Shown here piece after piece: positions 33,435 through 44,826 of a stretch of 64,000 nt of DNA; positions within the stretch are counted from its first letter, which is position 1; each line of letters opens with the position of its first letter. This stretch comes from Blepharisma stoltei ATCC 30299 (taxonomy: Eukaryota; Protista; Ciliophora): positions 124,001 through 188,000 of the forward strand of contig CBFDEM010000057.1 of NCBI GenBank assembly GCA_965603825.1, read 5' to 3'. The notes beneath the pieces were generated by a model. It was not told the origin of the DNA. It made no database searches and saw nothing but the letters and a program-made list of their open reading frames with translations. The translations under genes and the position numbers were made by a program.

Positions 33435-36400
33435 ATGTGGAAATATTTCCTTTTAGTTTGCTGCTCAGCTTTACGATTGTTCATAATACCTCATTCTCAT
33501 TGTGATCCTGGCTGGCTAGAGCCAGTGGACTGATACTATGAAAACAAAGTAAGAAATATTTTCAACAATTTAATAGAATTGCTTCAAGAAAACAATCAAA
33601 GGAAATTCGCATGATCTGAAATTTCATTTTTAAAGATGTGAATGGATGAACAAAATATTTTGAAGAAAAATGCTTTAAGATCGCTCATACAGTCTGGTAG
33701 AATAGAAATTGTTGGAGGCGGGTTTGTGCAGAATGATGAAGCGAATACTGATTTTGATATGATCATAAGGCAGTTTGATAGTGGAAGAGACTATTTATAT
33801 CAAGAGTTTGGGATAGAAAATGTGAAAGTGGGATGGCAAATTGACCCGTTTGGGCATTCAGCGCTTACACCTTCTTTGTGAGCAAAATTAGGGTTCGAGT
33901 ATCTTGTAATTAATAGGATCAGCAAACCTTTGAAAGTAGATTATATATAGAAAATATGAAGAAGGAAAAATAACTTAGAATTCTTATGGGAAGGGTCTGA
34001 TCTTGGGTCAAATAATACAATTTTTACGCATATTTTGTATGATCATTATGATTTCCCTGATATTTTGCATCCTTTAAAAAAAGAATTATGCTTGAGCACA
34101 ATTGATATAGCAAATGTGTCAGAGTGGTAATTTTAACTTAGTGCTAGCAAGCTTTACAATCTTGTAAATAAACAAAAACATGCATACAGCACAGAAAATA
34201 TTATGATGCTATATGGTGACGATTTTTATTATCACGATCTCGCTGAGTCAAAACTTTTATATCAAAGAATAGAGCTCCTAAGAGACTATATCAACCATTA
34301 CTATTGAAATTTCACCATAAAAATTGCTACACCATCCGAATACTTTGAAGCTGTTAAAGCAGAAAGCCCAGAATTGCCTTATTTTACATCTGATTTTTTC
34401 CCATACATGAACTACTTCAATATGAAAAATAACTACTGGACTGGATACTATACCACAAGACCTCGTCTAAAAAATGAGGTCTATTTTGGACACAGACTTG
34501 CAAGAGCTGCTGAAATCGCTATGGCTTTTACTTCAAAATCAAGTCTTAATTCTCCTCAAGCAAGTATTTCCCTTCATCATGATGCAATTACAGGAACTTG
34601 TAGAGACCATGTAGCTGCTGACTATATGTACAGGCTGAAAAAAGATATAGTAAATTCTATCCATGCAATCGAATTTGTGCTAAAAAATGTTTTGACTGAA
34701 GCTAAAAATGAATTCGCTTTAGCAGTTTCTTATAGAGTTTTGATTGCTTATAATCCTTTAAATTGAGAAAAAGATGAATTATTTTCAATTAAAGCTGAAA
34801 CAAATGATATTGAAATTATAAATTGAAAAGGAAAAGTCGTAAAATCTCAAGCTGTAAAAAATGTGATAGATGGGGGATATATTATTTATTTTAAAGCAAA
34901 ATTGCCTTCTCTTTCATTTTTTACTATTTTTGTGAGATATTGTTTTGCTTGCACTGATTTATCAGCTGAATACGAAGGATATAGTTTGGCTGATAAAATA
35001 TATAAATTGCATTTTGATCAAAACGGGATGCTGGATTTTATATTTAGCAAAAAACTTGAAATTATCCCAAAAACCAATAATTCACATCAGAAAATAAAAA
35101 ATAAAATGCACGAATTCCGCCTTAGACAGCAAATTTTTGCATATAAAGGAGAAAGCAGTGGAGCTTATATTTTTCATCCTACTGTAATTTTAATCTAGGG
35201 ATATGCTGAAAACTTAGAGCTTAGCCTTGAACAAATTATGATTTCAAGTGGCAAAGTTGTACAAACTGCACAAATTATTTGGTACCGCAAAGATGATAAA
35301 TCAAAATATTTTTACCAGAAATTTATATTATATGACTCAGAAAAGTTTATATGAAAAATAGGTGTAAGTGCTGTACAAAATGAAGAAATAACGGTTAGAT
35401 TTGAAAGTCAAGATGAAAACGTGATTGATATTTTTACATTTAATTCAGCAGATTTAAGGCAAAGAGAGCACATAGAAGAAATTTATGCGTCTAGAGTAGG
35501 AAAAAATATGTATCCAGTTCCTGCAGGGGCAGTTGCAAAATCTAAAAATTCTTATTTAAAGTTTTACCCGAAATTTCCATTAGGAATCGGCGTGGTCTCT
35601 CCTAAGAGTTTTGAGTTCTTATTACAAAGAAATCTCTCAAATGATGACTTATGCGGATTAGGAGTTGGAGTTACAGATATCACAATAGCTGAGCATACAA
35701 TGCACGTAGAGCTTGGCAATTTAATCCATGAAGAATTTTGGAGAAATTATTTAAATGCAAAAACTGAGTCTTATTTATTTCCATTAAAAGATGCAGGAAA
35801 ATATGCATTAAGTCTTGAAGATTGAGAAGAAGCAGAAGTTTTAAATGAGCCTTGGAAAAAGAAAACTGAATTTTATATGGGATTTGAGGATAATAGGGTT
35901 TATCTGTCAAGTGCTGTAATAAAGGATTCAGAAATTTTTATGAGAGTATTGAATTTTAATTCGGTTGGGATTGGATTTGATGTGATTGGAGGAAAAGTTT
36001 CAAATAAAACGAATCTAGCAGGATATCAAGCTTTAAATGAAACGCATAATTGGAAAAATTCTGGTGAAATGTTTGATGAATTTAAAAACATCAGTCAGCC
36101 TGCAATAAAGATGCAAACTAAGCAGATTATGACGCTTGACAGTGGGCAAGCTTTAAAACCAATGGAGCTAGCAGCGTTTTATATTGATATCAATAAATTC
36201 CCATATGAAAGAAAAATTCATGAAAAATCGAATAAAGAGTTTTCGGCAAGACCAAATGATATAACAAAGCCTTATAGAGAGCTTCTTGAGCATGAAATAG
36301 TATATATTGAAACCTCTAATAAACCTCAATACAATATACTCCACCTATCCTTTATATTTCTTATCTTTTTTGCCCCTGCATACACTGTCTTATTCTATCA

Positions 36401-36449
36401 TTTCAAAACAGCTCTCTCCAAAAGAAAAATTAATCTTTACACAATTTAA
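33435..36449 (+). CDS. Alpha-mannosidase, glycoside hydrolase family 38; three 15-nt introns; many UGA=Trp
   Basis: Signal peptide; PHSHCDPGWL, GGFVQNDEA, GWQIDPFGHS, LEFLW, YGDDF, YWTGYYTTRP, HHDAITGT, SGAYIF; C-terminal TM. Confidence 0.94.
33936..33950 (+). other. 15-nt intron (GTAGATTATATATAG)
   Basis: Removes an in-frame TAG before NNLEFLW. Confidence 0.9.
34127..34141 (+). other. 15-nt intron (GTAATTTTAACTTAG)
   Basis: Removes an in-frame TAA before the YGDDF region. Confidence 0.9.
35184..35198 (+). other. 15-nt intron (GTAATTTTAATCTAG)
   Basis: Removes an in-frame TAG after SGAYIFHPT. Confidence 0.9.
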
Positions 36450-36469
36450 TAAAATTGCAATCGATATAG

Positions 36470-36979
36470 TTAAGTAGTAGATAACACAATAAGACTTACA
36501 ACAATTCCAACAATCATCGCTACTGACAGTCCTAAAATGAATACTTGAGTATTTATTCCACAACATTTATCATCCACCCTCGGCAAGCATCCATCTGTGC
36601 TGCTTGATGCTGGCCTTGCTTCTGGTTGCTGGCTTTGTTGCCTTCTATTATTTCCTGGAGGTGGATAATTTGCATGAGGAGGCTGATATGGCTGAGGGTT
36701 TGGCGGAGGATAATATTGAGGGGGCTGTGCTGGATAAGCTTGATAAGGACTCTGTGACTGCATAGGAGGGGGAACATATGGCTGTGGGTTTTGAGGGGGA
36801 GGAGAATTATATTGATTTTGCAGTTTCCTTGCGATTTCTTCATCTTCTAATAATCTTTGTCTAGCCCTTGCATTTTCTTCTTCTTGGTATTTTTTAGCCA
36901 CTTCTTCGTCATTAGTTGTATTATGTCCTGTATACCTCTGTTGCATACGCTTTCTGTATTCCTCTAGTTGATCTGCCAT
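36470..36979 (-). CDS. Pro/Gln-rich tail-anchored membrane protein
   Basis: DEEIARKLQ (UIM/MIU-like) motifs, PQY-rich middle, CC, then a C-terminal TM helix. Confidence 0.8.
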   Translation of the reverse strand: MADQLEEYRKRMQQRYTGHNTTNDEEVAKKYQEEENARARQRLLEDEEIARKLQNQYNSPPPQNPQPYVPPPMQSQSPYQAYPAQPPQYYPPPNPQPYQPPHANYPPPGNNRRQQSQQPEARPASSSTDGCLPRVDDKCCGINTQVFILGLSVAMIVGIVVSLIVLSTT

Positions 36980-37007
36980 TATTTATACAACATGCATGAA
37001 ATTTTAT

Positions 37008-37475
37008 CTAGAAAACTAAGCAGAATTTTTTACAGCATAAAAATCTAACCTCTTCTGACTCTGGCATTATTTCTTCTTCAGGGCTTGTTGGCAAATTATG
37101 GCCGATTTCATCTGCTATATTTCTTTTTACTTCTTCTGTTTCAGCACATTCTTTACTGGAATCAGAGGGGAAAATGTCTTTCATTTCTAAGTCTCTTAAT
37201 TTTTGTTCAGATTTTCTCAGTAGGATTTCTTGGTGCAGTTTTGATAAATTTGCAGGGGTTTTATTACCGAAGCCTTTAGATTTATATTCAACTCCGACAG
37301 AAATTGAGCTAATATCCATTTCACCAATTGAGTCGTTATCTGCATATTTTTCATTATGTCTAAAAGGAGACTTTTGAAGCGAGTCAGCATTTTTATGGTT
37401 CCCTAAGCTTTTACGGCTGATGATTTCTTGTCTTCCTTTTATGATCCATTTATCAAAATTTTGATTTAAATACAT
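37008..37475 (-). CDS. Hypothetical protein with Cys-rich/CaaX-like C-terminus
   Basis: 155-aa ORF ending CCKKFCLVF-TAG. Confidence 0.65.
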   Translation of the reverse strand: MYLNQNFDKWIIKGRQEIISRKSLGNHKNADSLQKSPFRHNEKYADNDSIGEMDISSISVGVEYKSKGFGNKTPANLSKLHQEILLRKSEQKLRDLEMKDIFPSDSSKECAETEEVKRNIADEIGHNLPTSPEEEIMPESEEVRFLCCKKFCLVF

Positions 37476-37490
37476 TTATTAGTTAACCAG

Positions 37491-38339
37491 TTAAAAATAA
37501 TCACTTGCAAGACCTTCTAAATTTCTCTGAATCTCAAAATCAATTGAGCAAGAGCGCCTTTCTCTTGAAACTACCTTATATGCTGCATTATAATTTAATT
37601 TGTATTTTGATATTAAATATCCTATAACAGCTGCACAAGACTCTGAGCTGCCCGTAGGGCAGCAGATCAAAATATTGCCTTTAGGCAGCCTGAAATCAAT
37701 ATAGTTTGTTATTTCTTTCAAAACTTTTTTTGTGTTGCTCCCATTTTTATCAAGAGTGATATTTAGCATATCACCTTTAAAAAATTTCCAATAAAATCCG
37801 GATGCTCTATATGTGTCTATTGATACAATTGATTTTATTTTATTTCTCAACAGGAGAGTATAATCGTTTGCAGACCTTATGCTTGATATAAAAATATCAT
37901 AAGAATTTCGCTCAACGTACAAGTAATCTTGAATAGGGACTTGAAAAAGGCCTTTCTTTTCTTCTTTTAGCTCAAGGTTAATTAGTGGTTTCTGCATATT
38001 TTGGAAGCTTTTTTTGTTTAATTTCTTAGTTTTTTCAGATAAATTAACTTTTACTTGCTCATTTGTGCCAACACGATTATTTTCTAAAAAAGAATTTTTT
38101 AATGCATTTGAGCTGCTCTTTTGTTTAAAACCTTTGCAATACCCATTAGAGTCAAAGAATCCGATAGTATCTGAATTAGCTTCTTTTAGTATTTTTTTTG
38201 ATTTTGGATTATTAATTAAGCAATTTTTAGTTGTATGATTGGATGAGTAGTCTTTTTCTAAGCAATCGAGCAGATTGAGCATTTTATTTGGACTGGAAAT
38301 GCTCACTTCATTGTCTAACGGAAGATTTTCTAATTCCAT
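37491..38339 (-). CDS. Dual-specificity phosphatase-like protein (probable pseudophosphatase)
   Basis: NILICCPTGSSESCAAVIGYLI..Y.L.Y..AY.VV..ER matches the DSP C-terminal fold; CX5R is CX5E. Confidence 0.8.
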   Translation of the reverse strand: MELENLPLDNEVSISSPNKMLNLLDCLEKDYSSNHTTKNCLINNPKSKKILKEANSDTIGFFDSNGYCKGFKQKSSSNALKNSFLENNRVGTNEQVKVNLSEKTKKLNKKSFQNMQKPLINLELKEEKKGLFQVPIQDYLYVERNSYDIFISSIRSANDYTLLLRNKIKSIVSIDTYRASGFYWKFFKGDMLNITLDKNGSNTKKVLKEITNYIDFRLPKGNILICCPTGSSESCAAVIGYLISKYKLNYNAAYKVVSRERRSCSIDFEIQRNLEGLASDYF

Positions 38340-38426
38340 ATTTTGTCTAATTATCAAGATTCCATTTTAGTTTAAATATTAGTCATATAGGGCACTTTAA
38401 TATTTTTAGCCATTTAATACAATTTT

Positions 38427-40178
38427 TTAAATACTAAATTCCACAGGTTTTTTGTCTTTTTCTTTTGGCTGTCCATCTAATACAGAATATGACCCAATCT
38501 CAATATTTTTCTTGACTTCTTTTACAACTTTCTGTTTAAACATTTTCATCTCATTTGTTTTTCTGCTTTTATAATTGTCAAGCCACCCTTTAAGCCTTCT
38601 TGATTTTTCAGAAGTGTCTCTTCCTTTTACGGAAGAATAATCAATTTTTAAAGCATCTAATAGAGCTTTTTCCTAAATAATATATACATTTTGGTGCCTG
38701 TCGTTTATTTCTTTCAGGATTTTTTCCTGTAATTTTTCATTAGAGGGAATATAAATTCCTCCCATTTCTGTAAAATGCTCGATGTCTTTTAGAGAAAAAA
38801 CCTCGAAAAATTCGGTTCGGTTGATAATTAAACATGAAGTAGGTTCTTTTGCTATTGCGCGAGTTTGCCTTGGATAATCTTCAATTAGTTCAGCTTCTCC
38901 AAAGAACTGCCCATAAGTAAGTGTGTTCAGAGTCACTATATATTTTCTTTTTATCTGCCTTATTTTCCACTTTTGAGACCCTGTTGGCCAGCAATTTTTC
39001 TGCTCAACATCTATAAAAGCTTGAATTTCTACTTTTCCCTCTTTTATGATATAGAGAATATTGCTTGGGTCTCCTCTATCATAAAGCAATTCATCAGTCT
39101 CATAATGCTTCAATATCAAAAAATTACTTAGCCTTTGAGCTTTTAAAAAGCTCCAATTTTCAAAATATCTGATGCTTAATAAAAATTTTGTATTATCATG
39201 TTTTTCTAGTTTTTTAATCCCAAGAATCACGCTGTCATAATCAGTTTTCTTTAATTTGAAAATTACTGTTGGCTCTTCTGCTTTAACACCAGCTGACCTT
39301 GGCATCTCTGTATCTAGCGCAGTTTCGCCTATTGCATCTTTTGTGCTTTTTATGCCAATATTGCTTCCATCTTCCAAATAAATCCCTACTTTTCCAGAAA
39401 AAATGATAAACATGGAATCAGCTTCGTCTCCTTTATGAAAAATTCATTCCCCTTCTTGATAATTTTCTTTAAATAATTTATCACAAGTTTCATATACCAC
39501 AGATTTTGGCAATTTCCCGAAAAATTTAGTTGAGCTTATCCATGCCTGCAATGCAGCTTTTTCATCATCAGCCCTTTGGCTTGGATGAAGTGAAACAATA
39601 TGTTCCAAATCAGAGTTTTTATAATCACTCATTTTCCTATAAGCGCTCTGGAAGTCATTTCTCGCTACGAGTCAGTTTGGGTAGCAGCTATTTTGGGTAT
39701 TCTGTGCAGCTTTAGATGTTTTTGGTCGATACTGCGATTCAAACAGAATTGCTTGACAATTTACCAAATTTGATTCAGAAAACGAATTGCAATGGGTATG
39801 GGTTTTTGCGATCTCTCTGGACAGAGGAGGACCAAAAATTTTTGACCTGTCAGTCGAAATAGATGGCACTTTTGAATGATTGACAGATTTTGTTTCAAAA
39901 TCTTTCCTTGCTTTTTCTATATAAAAAGAAGGATGCTTCGGCTTGTCTATTGTGATATTTTCTATTAGAATTTTCGGCCGAGCGATTTCTTTTAATAATC
40001 GATCTTGGGTCGCTCTTTTTAATTCTTGAGAGATTTTTCGGTTTCTCTGCTCGGCACTAAAAGGCTTGATTCTTTTATTTCTGGTTTCTGTATGACTGGT
40101 ATAAGCTCTTGAAGGGATATTATCAGACGTTTTATAAAGAGACATCTGAGAAAGGAACATTGGAGGGATGCTTTCCAT
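38427..40178 (-). CDS. Cyclic-nucleotide-binding domain protein (2 cNMP domains); intron 38673-38687; two UGA=Trp
   Basis: [W]IFHKGDEADSMFIIFSGKV..IGETAL..PRSA; GDPSNILYIIKEGKV..FFGEAEL..PRQT. Confidence 0.9.
38673..38687 (-). other. 15-nt intron (GTATATATTATTTAG)
   Basis: Removes an in-frame TAG; frame then continues ~80 codons to TAA 38427. Confidence 0.85.
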
Positions 40179-40269
40179 TTGACAAATTAGTTAAATTACT
40201 AACTATTAATCATAATCAATTTTATTACTTTTTGTATATGGCTTGTCGAATTAAAAATAAAAATTCACC

Positions 40270-41127
40270 ATGGACTTGATCATCAGAAAGTTGGGCTTGG
40301 TCTCTGATCGTCTTCCTAAATCTGTGGCTATTGCTTTAACAATAATAGGTGCAATAAAAGTTGCTTGCATTTTGAAGACTGCTATATCAAATGCTTTTTA
40401 TAAGAAGCTCTGTTGGCCTCTTAACCTGTCCTCATTATACGGTTCATATTCAAGAGTTCTAATTACAGAAGCATCTACAGCTATAGGTCAAGCTTGGGCA
40501 GAAAAATTTGCTAGCAAAAATTTCAATCTTCTGCTTGTGGGCTCTAATGAAAATAGCTTGACTAAGCTCAAAGTTTCTCTTCAGCTTAAATACAAAGTTA
40601 ATATTGAAACTTTAGTTATTGATTTATGTGAAAGAGACGCAAGCGAACTAGTCTGCAGCTTTATCGAAGAAAAGAAGCTTGAAATCTCTGTCATTGTGAA
40701 TATAATGAAAAACGTTCAAATTGGAAAATTCAGAACTTTATTCAATAGTGATGGGAAAATAGAGCCAGGTGCATTTAAAGAAATGGTAAATGAAAATGCT
40801 TTGAATATAATCCAATCAAACATTGTGTTTTCTACTTTAGTTGTGAGAAGCCTTTTGCCGAAGTTAGCTACAAGAAAATATAAATCCGCAGTTATTAACT
40901 GCAATTTGAACATTGACTCGCCTTATAGCTCAGTTTATGATGCTACTAAAGACTATTTGAAAACTTTTACGTTAAGGATTGCAAAGGAGACAAAAAAGAG
41001 GGTGGATGTTTTTAGTACTTCATATAAAGAAGGCTCAGAAAAAAGGTGTGTAGATGAAGCTATGGGAAGTATTGGAAGAAATTTTGAAGCTCCAAAGGGG
41101 CTAAAAGAAATATTCTTTAGTCATTAA
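40270..41127 (+). CDS. Short-chain dehydrogenase, HSD17B12/KAR-like, degenerate
   Basis: N-terminal TM, LSSLYG..VLITEASTAIG..A..FNLLLV, YDATK (YxxxK). Confidence 0.8.
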   Translation: MDLIIRKLGLVSDRLPKSVAIALTIIGAIKVACILKTAISNAFYKKLCWPLNLSSLYGSYSRVLITEASTAIGQAWAEKFASKNFNLLLVGSNENSLTKLKVSLQLKYKVNIETLVIDLCERDASELVCSFIEEKKLEISVIVNIMKNVQIGKFRTLFNSDGKIEPGAFKEMVNENALNIIQSNIVFSTLVVRSLLPKLATRKYKSAVINCNLNIDSPYSSVYDATKDYLKTFTLRIAKETKKRVDVFSTSYKEGSEKRCVDEAMGSIGRNFEAPKGLKEIFFSH

Positions 41128-41426
41128 TTAGCTTTAAAGATAAATTGGGTTACAAAATTGAAGTGGATTTGATATTGATTTTTTAAGCATTTATATTATA
41201 AATATTATACAGTTAATAGCTGGTGTTTATTAAATGCTATAGTAATAATCATTTATCTTTTCTTAATATATTTTAAGAAATTCTTTGCAATTTTTTAAAA
41301 ATGAGTAGAATATTGATTAACTAATACTGTCTTCAGATCATATTAAAAACTTTGAATTTAATCTGAAGGAATTCCTCCATAATATATATTAGATTACTGA
41401 TTTTCATCTTGACTCTACAATTAAAA

Positions 41427-42260
41427 ATGGATCCCAATAGTTATCAATCTTATATTTTTGATTGTGACGGAGTTCTGTGGAAAGGCCTCTTAGAGGTTCC
41501 TGGAAGCATTCAAGCATTAAACTACCTTCAAAGCCTTGGCAAAAAAGTCTTTTTCCTCACAAATTCAGCACGCACTAAGCCTGATATTGCAAGCCAGCTA
41601 TCATCATACGGCTTTGCAGCCTCTTATGACCAAATTCACAGTGCAGGTACAATGCTTCCTTTATATATAAATAAATTCCATCCTGGACTAAAAAACGTAT
41701 TTTTCATAGGGCTGCGTGGAAAAGAGCTTCTTACAGACGCAGGCTTCAATGCTTTAGAATCCCATGAAATCCCTAACAATAGAATCACAAGTTTACAAGA
41801 TTTAAAAGACTTCAGACTTCAAGAAGTCCCAGATGCTGTCGTTGTCTGCCACGATATTGATTTCGACTATTTTACAGGACTATATGCATCTGCCTGCATC
41901 CAAGAAGGGGCAAAATTCATTTCTGCCAATTATGACGATTACTTTATATTAGGAGACTGAAAAATGGCCAGCTGTGGGACCCTATGCAAATATATAGAAG
42001 GCGCAACAGGCCAAAAAGCAGAAGTTGTTGGGAAACCTAATAGTTTTATTATAGAAGAAATTATTGAAGAGCATAACCTGGATAGAAGCACATGCATCAT
42101 GGTAGGCGATACAATTGATTCTGACGTGCTGCTTGCCCACAACGCACATATAGACTCTATGCTAGTTCTCACTGGAGTATCTAAAAGAGAAGACATAGAG
42201 AAATATGAGTATAAACCAACTTTTGTATTTGAGAGTTTAGGAAGCGCTTTTAATTTATAG
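41427..42260 (+). CDS. HAD IIA phosphoglycolate/4-nitrophenyl phosphatase (one UGA=Trp)
   Basis: FDCDGVLW, FLTN, VVGKP, MVGDTIDSD, LVLTGV. Confidence 0.92.
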
Positions 42261-42266
42261 CATAAA

Positions 42267-43931
42267 TTAGCTTTTATCTTTTAACATTTTCAGATCTCTG
42301 ATAAGTTTATCTCTATCACGAAGCTTGAGACCGTGAGTTGCTGCAAAATGTTGCCCTACTCTTAATAGGTCGTCATTGGGTCCTACAGTGACATTTTCAT
42401 ATTTGCCAGGGCCAACATTGACTCGGAGAGTGAAGCTTTTTGGGGTACTTTGCTGAGAATTAGTTATACTTGATCTATGCTTTGCTGGAGAAGTTTTGGC
42501 TGAATTTGATTTCCATAATGGCTCTTTTGGAACTGAGGAAATCACTTTTATTGCAGAGTTTACACTGTATTTGCCTGCTGGAGTGGTTGATTTTACAGAA
42601 GCGTTAGTTATGATTGGTTTTATTGGTGCCCATTGAGTGCTGCTGCGAGGTTTCGGTTGAATTGAGCCAAAGTCTATATCCATATCAGAGCTTTCTATTG
42701 AAGGAGTAGCCATTGACATTCTAGGATTATAGAATGGGATATCTAATGAATTTCTATGGGACCCATAAGTGATATCTTGGCTTGAAGGAGGTCTTAAAGT
42801 ATCAAAATGGTGACTGCTATTAATATAATTTCTTTGGGGTAGCTCTATAGTTTCTTCTTTTTCTAGCTCTCTTTTACTATAAGAAGGATGCAAATTGAAT
42901 TTGTCTTCATATTTTAGAAACTCATCTTTGGCTTCCTCTGAGTGTGGAAGTGATGCTGATGAGCTTTCGCTCAATGAGCAATCAGACGAGCCACTTGAAA
43001 AAACAACAACTTTTAACTCAGATGTCTTGCTTTTATTAGACACTATAATATTATTTTCATGCTCAAATTGGCAAATTGATATTATCGGCTTAGCTTGACA
43101 TATAAAGGTGCTTTTTTCGCGATTTTTTTTATTGACTTCATTTTCAGTATTTTCTATAAAATTTAATTTCTGAGCAGTGTCTTTTAGATGACTTTTATCT
43201 AGTTTACTCTTTACTGCATTTTTTTCTAGATTATTTTCATTGATTTTATGTCCCAGCTTTGAAGGCTCAATATGCTGATACATCATGTCATGCAGTAAAA
43301 TTCTGACCTTGCTAGCATTCATTATAGGACTAAAATATTTGTCTTGGCAAAGTTTTTCACAAAATTCTGCCTCTCTAACTTTGTTATGACCTTTCATTAA
43401 CTCGTTAGAAATCTTGTTAATTAATTCACTTTTTTCTTTTTTGATAAATTCCAGATATTCGCTTACGTTTATTAGCGGTGAAATTTTATCTTTTATAAAA
43501 TGTGGGATATTTTCTGTAGCTATTTCAATTAAATTCTCTAAAGAATTTCTAAGCTGTTCATTATTTATGAACTCTAAGGCGTCTTCATCTATAAGATGAT
43601 ATAAGATTTTCATTTTCTCATAATTGTTTCCACTGCCTAAAAGGATAATTGCTATACATATTTTTAAAGAATTGTATTGCTTTTCTTTTATGTGAAATTC
43701 CTCACAAAGCTGCATTATCTCAGATTTTAAACCTGCAGGGGCTTGAGATAATGATCTTTCTAATTGAGATCTTTTAATTAGTTTATGGCTTGAATTAAGC
43801 TTGATTTCTTTGTAGAAGTCAAGGAATGGCGTTCGGGAGATCAAAAGGGAGTTTTCTGCGTGTATAAGAGCTTGCTCTTGTTTTGGCATTTTAAGATCAT
43901 TTGAAATTGTCTGGGATTTTGCACAGCCCAT
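42267..43931 (-). CDS. Putatively myristoylated EF-hand-like protein with Ser-rich tail
   Basis: MGCAKS N-terminus; KMKILYHLIDEDALEFINNEQL recoverin/CNB-like degenerate EF hand. Confidence 0.7.
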   Translation of the reverse strand: MGCAKSQTISNDLKMPKQEQALIHAENSLLISRTPFLDFYKEIKLNSSHKLIKRSQLERSLSQAPAGLKSEIMQLCEEFHIKEKQYNSLKICIAIILLGSGNNYEKMKILYHLIDEDALEFINNEQLRNSLENLIEIATENIPHFIKDKISPLINVSEYLEFIKKEKSELINKISNELMKGHNKVREAEFCEKLCQDKYFSPIMNASKVRILLHDMMYQHIEPSKLGHKINENNLEKNAVKSKLDKSHLKDTAQKLNFIENTENEVNKKNREKSTFICQAKPIISICQFEHENNIIVSNKSKTSELKVVVFSSGSSDCSLSESSSASLPHSEEAKDEFLKYEDKFNLHPSYSKRELEKEETIELPQRNYINSSHHFDTLRPPSSQDITYGSHRNSLDIPFYNPRMSMATPSIESSDMDIDFGSIQPKPRSSTQWAPIKPIITNASVKSTTPAGKYSVNSAIKVISSVPKEPLWKSNSAKTSPAKHRSSITNSQQSTPKSFTLRVNVGPGKYENVTVGPNDDLLRVGQHFAATHGLKLRDRDKLIRDLKMLKDKS

Positions 43932-44111
43932 TTTTTTATGTAATCTCTCTATAAGGAACTATTATAGAAAACACACAGAGACAGAAAACTGAAAATTTTG
44001 GATTGCTCAAGAAATCAGCATATCAATCTAAGGATAATCCTAATGTATGAAAAAATTATTATTTTATCTTGCGAATGCAAACTATGACGCAAGTGGCTTC
44101 AAATTAATAAA

Positions 44112-44630
44112 ATGTCGAACCCTAAAATTCAGCAAGCTATAAACTTCGTGAATAAAATGACTCGTAAGTTCTAGACAGCCGACACATCTATTGAAAAAAA
44201 ACTTGAATTTTTGAAGAAGAAATTGTCTGCATCTGAACTAGAAGAAGTGAAAAAAATTATCATGAAAGACGATATTTCTAAATACTTTGAGCCAGCCTCT
44301 ATAAAAGAACAAAAAGAAGCAGGAAAATCTAATATAAAATATTTTATATTAACTGCTTCATCAATTATTTCTGGGATATTTGCCGCTGTTGTTACTACCA
44401 ATTACAAAGATATCATTAAGCGTAATAAAGATCCTGAACTAGAAGAAGATAAGGAAGAAGATTTTATGGTCGAAATAGACATTGATAAAAGGAATTATAT
44501 AGAGAAGCTTATAAAATCACAAAATGAAGGGTTCAAAAAACTATCAGGACAGTTAAATGATATTAATATGTCATTAAATTCAATGAATGTGAGAAAAAAT
44601 AGCTTAAAACCAGGGCTTGATTTGGATTAA
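44112..44630 (+). CDS. PEX14-like peroxisomal membrane protein; intron 44164-44178
   Basis: Spliced N-terminus IQQAINFVNKMTPDTSIEKKLEFLKKKLSASELEEV resembles Pex14_N, followed by a TM and a coiled-coil. Confidence 0.68.
44164..44178 (+). other. 15-nt intron (GTAAGTTCTAGACAG)
   Basis: GT-AG, A10, removes an in-frame TAG. Confidence 0.85.
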
Positions 44631-44826
44631 TAATTGCTATTAATATCTTTTTTATGATTTGTTTGATAAATATAAGAATTTTAATAAATTTTTATTAAAT
44701 TAAATAGCTGGCATATCAGGCTATCTCGTAATAATTGTTTTCAATATGAAACTATTCATTTTTAGTAAGTTTACATCAAATAAAAATTATTGACACATTT
44801 ATATACCTTCAATAAATGTCTAATAA

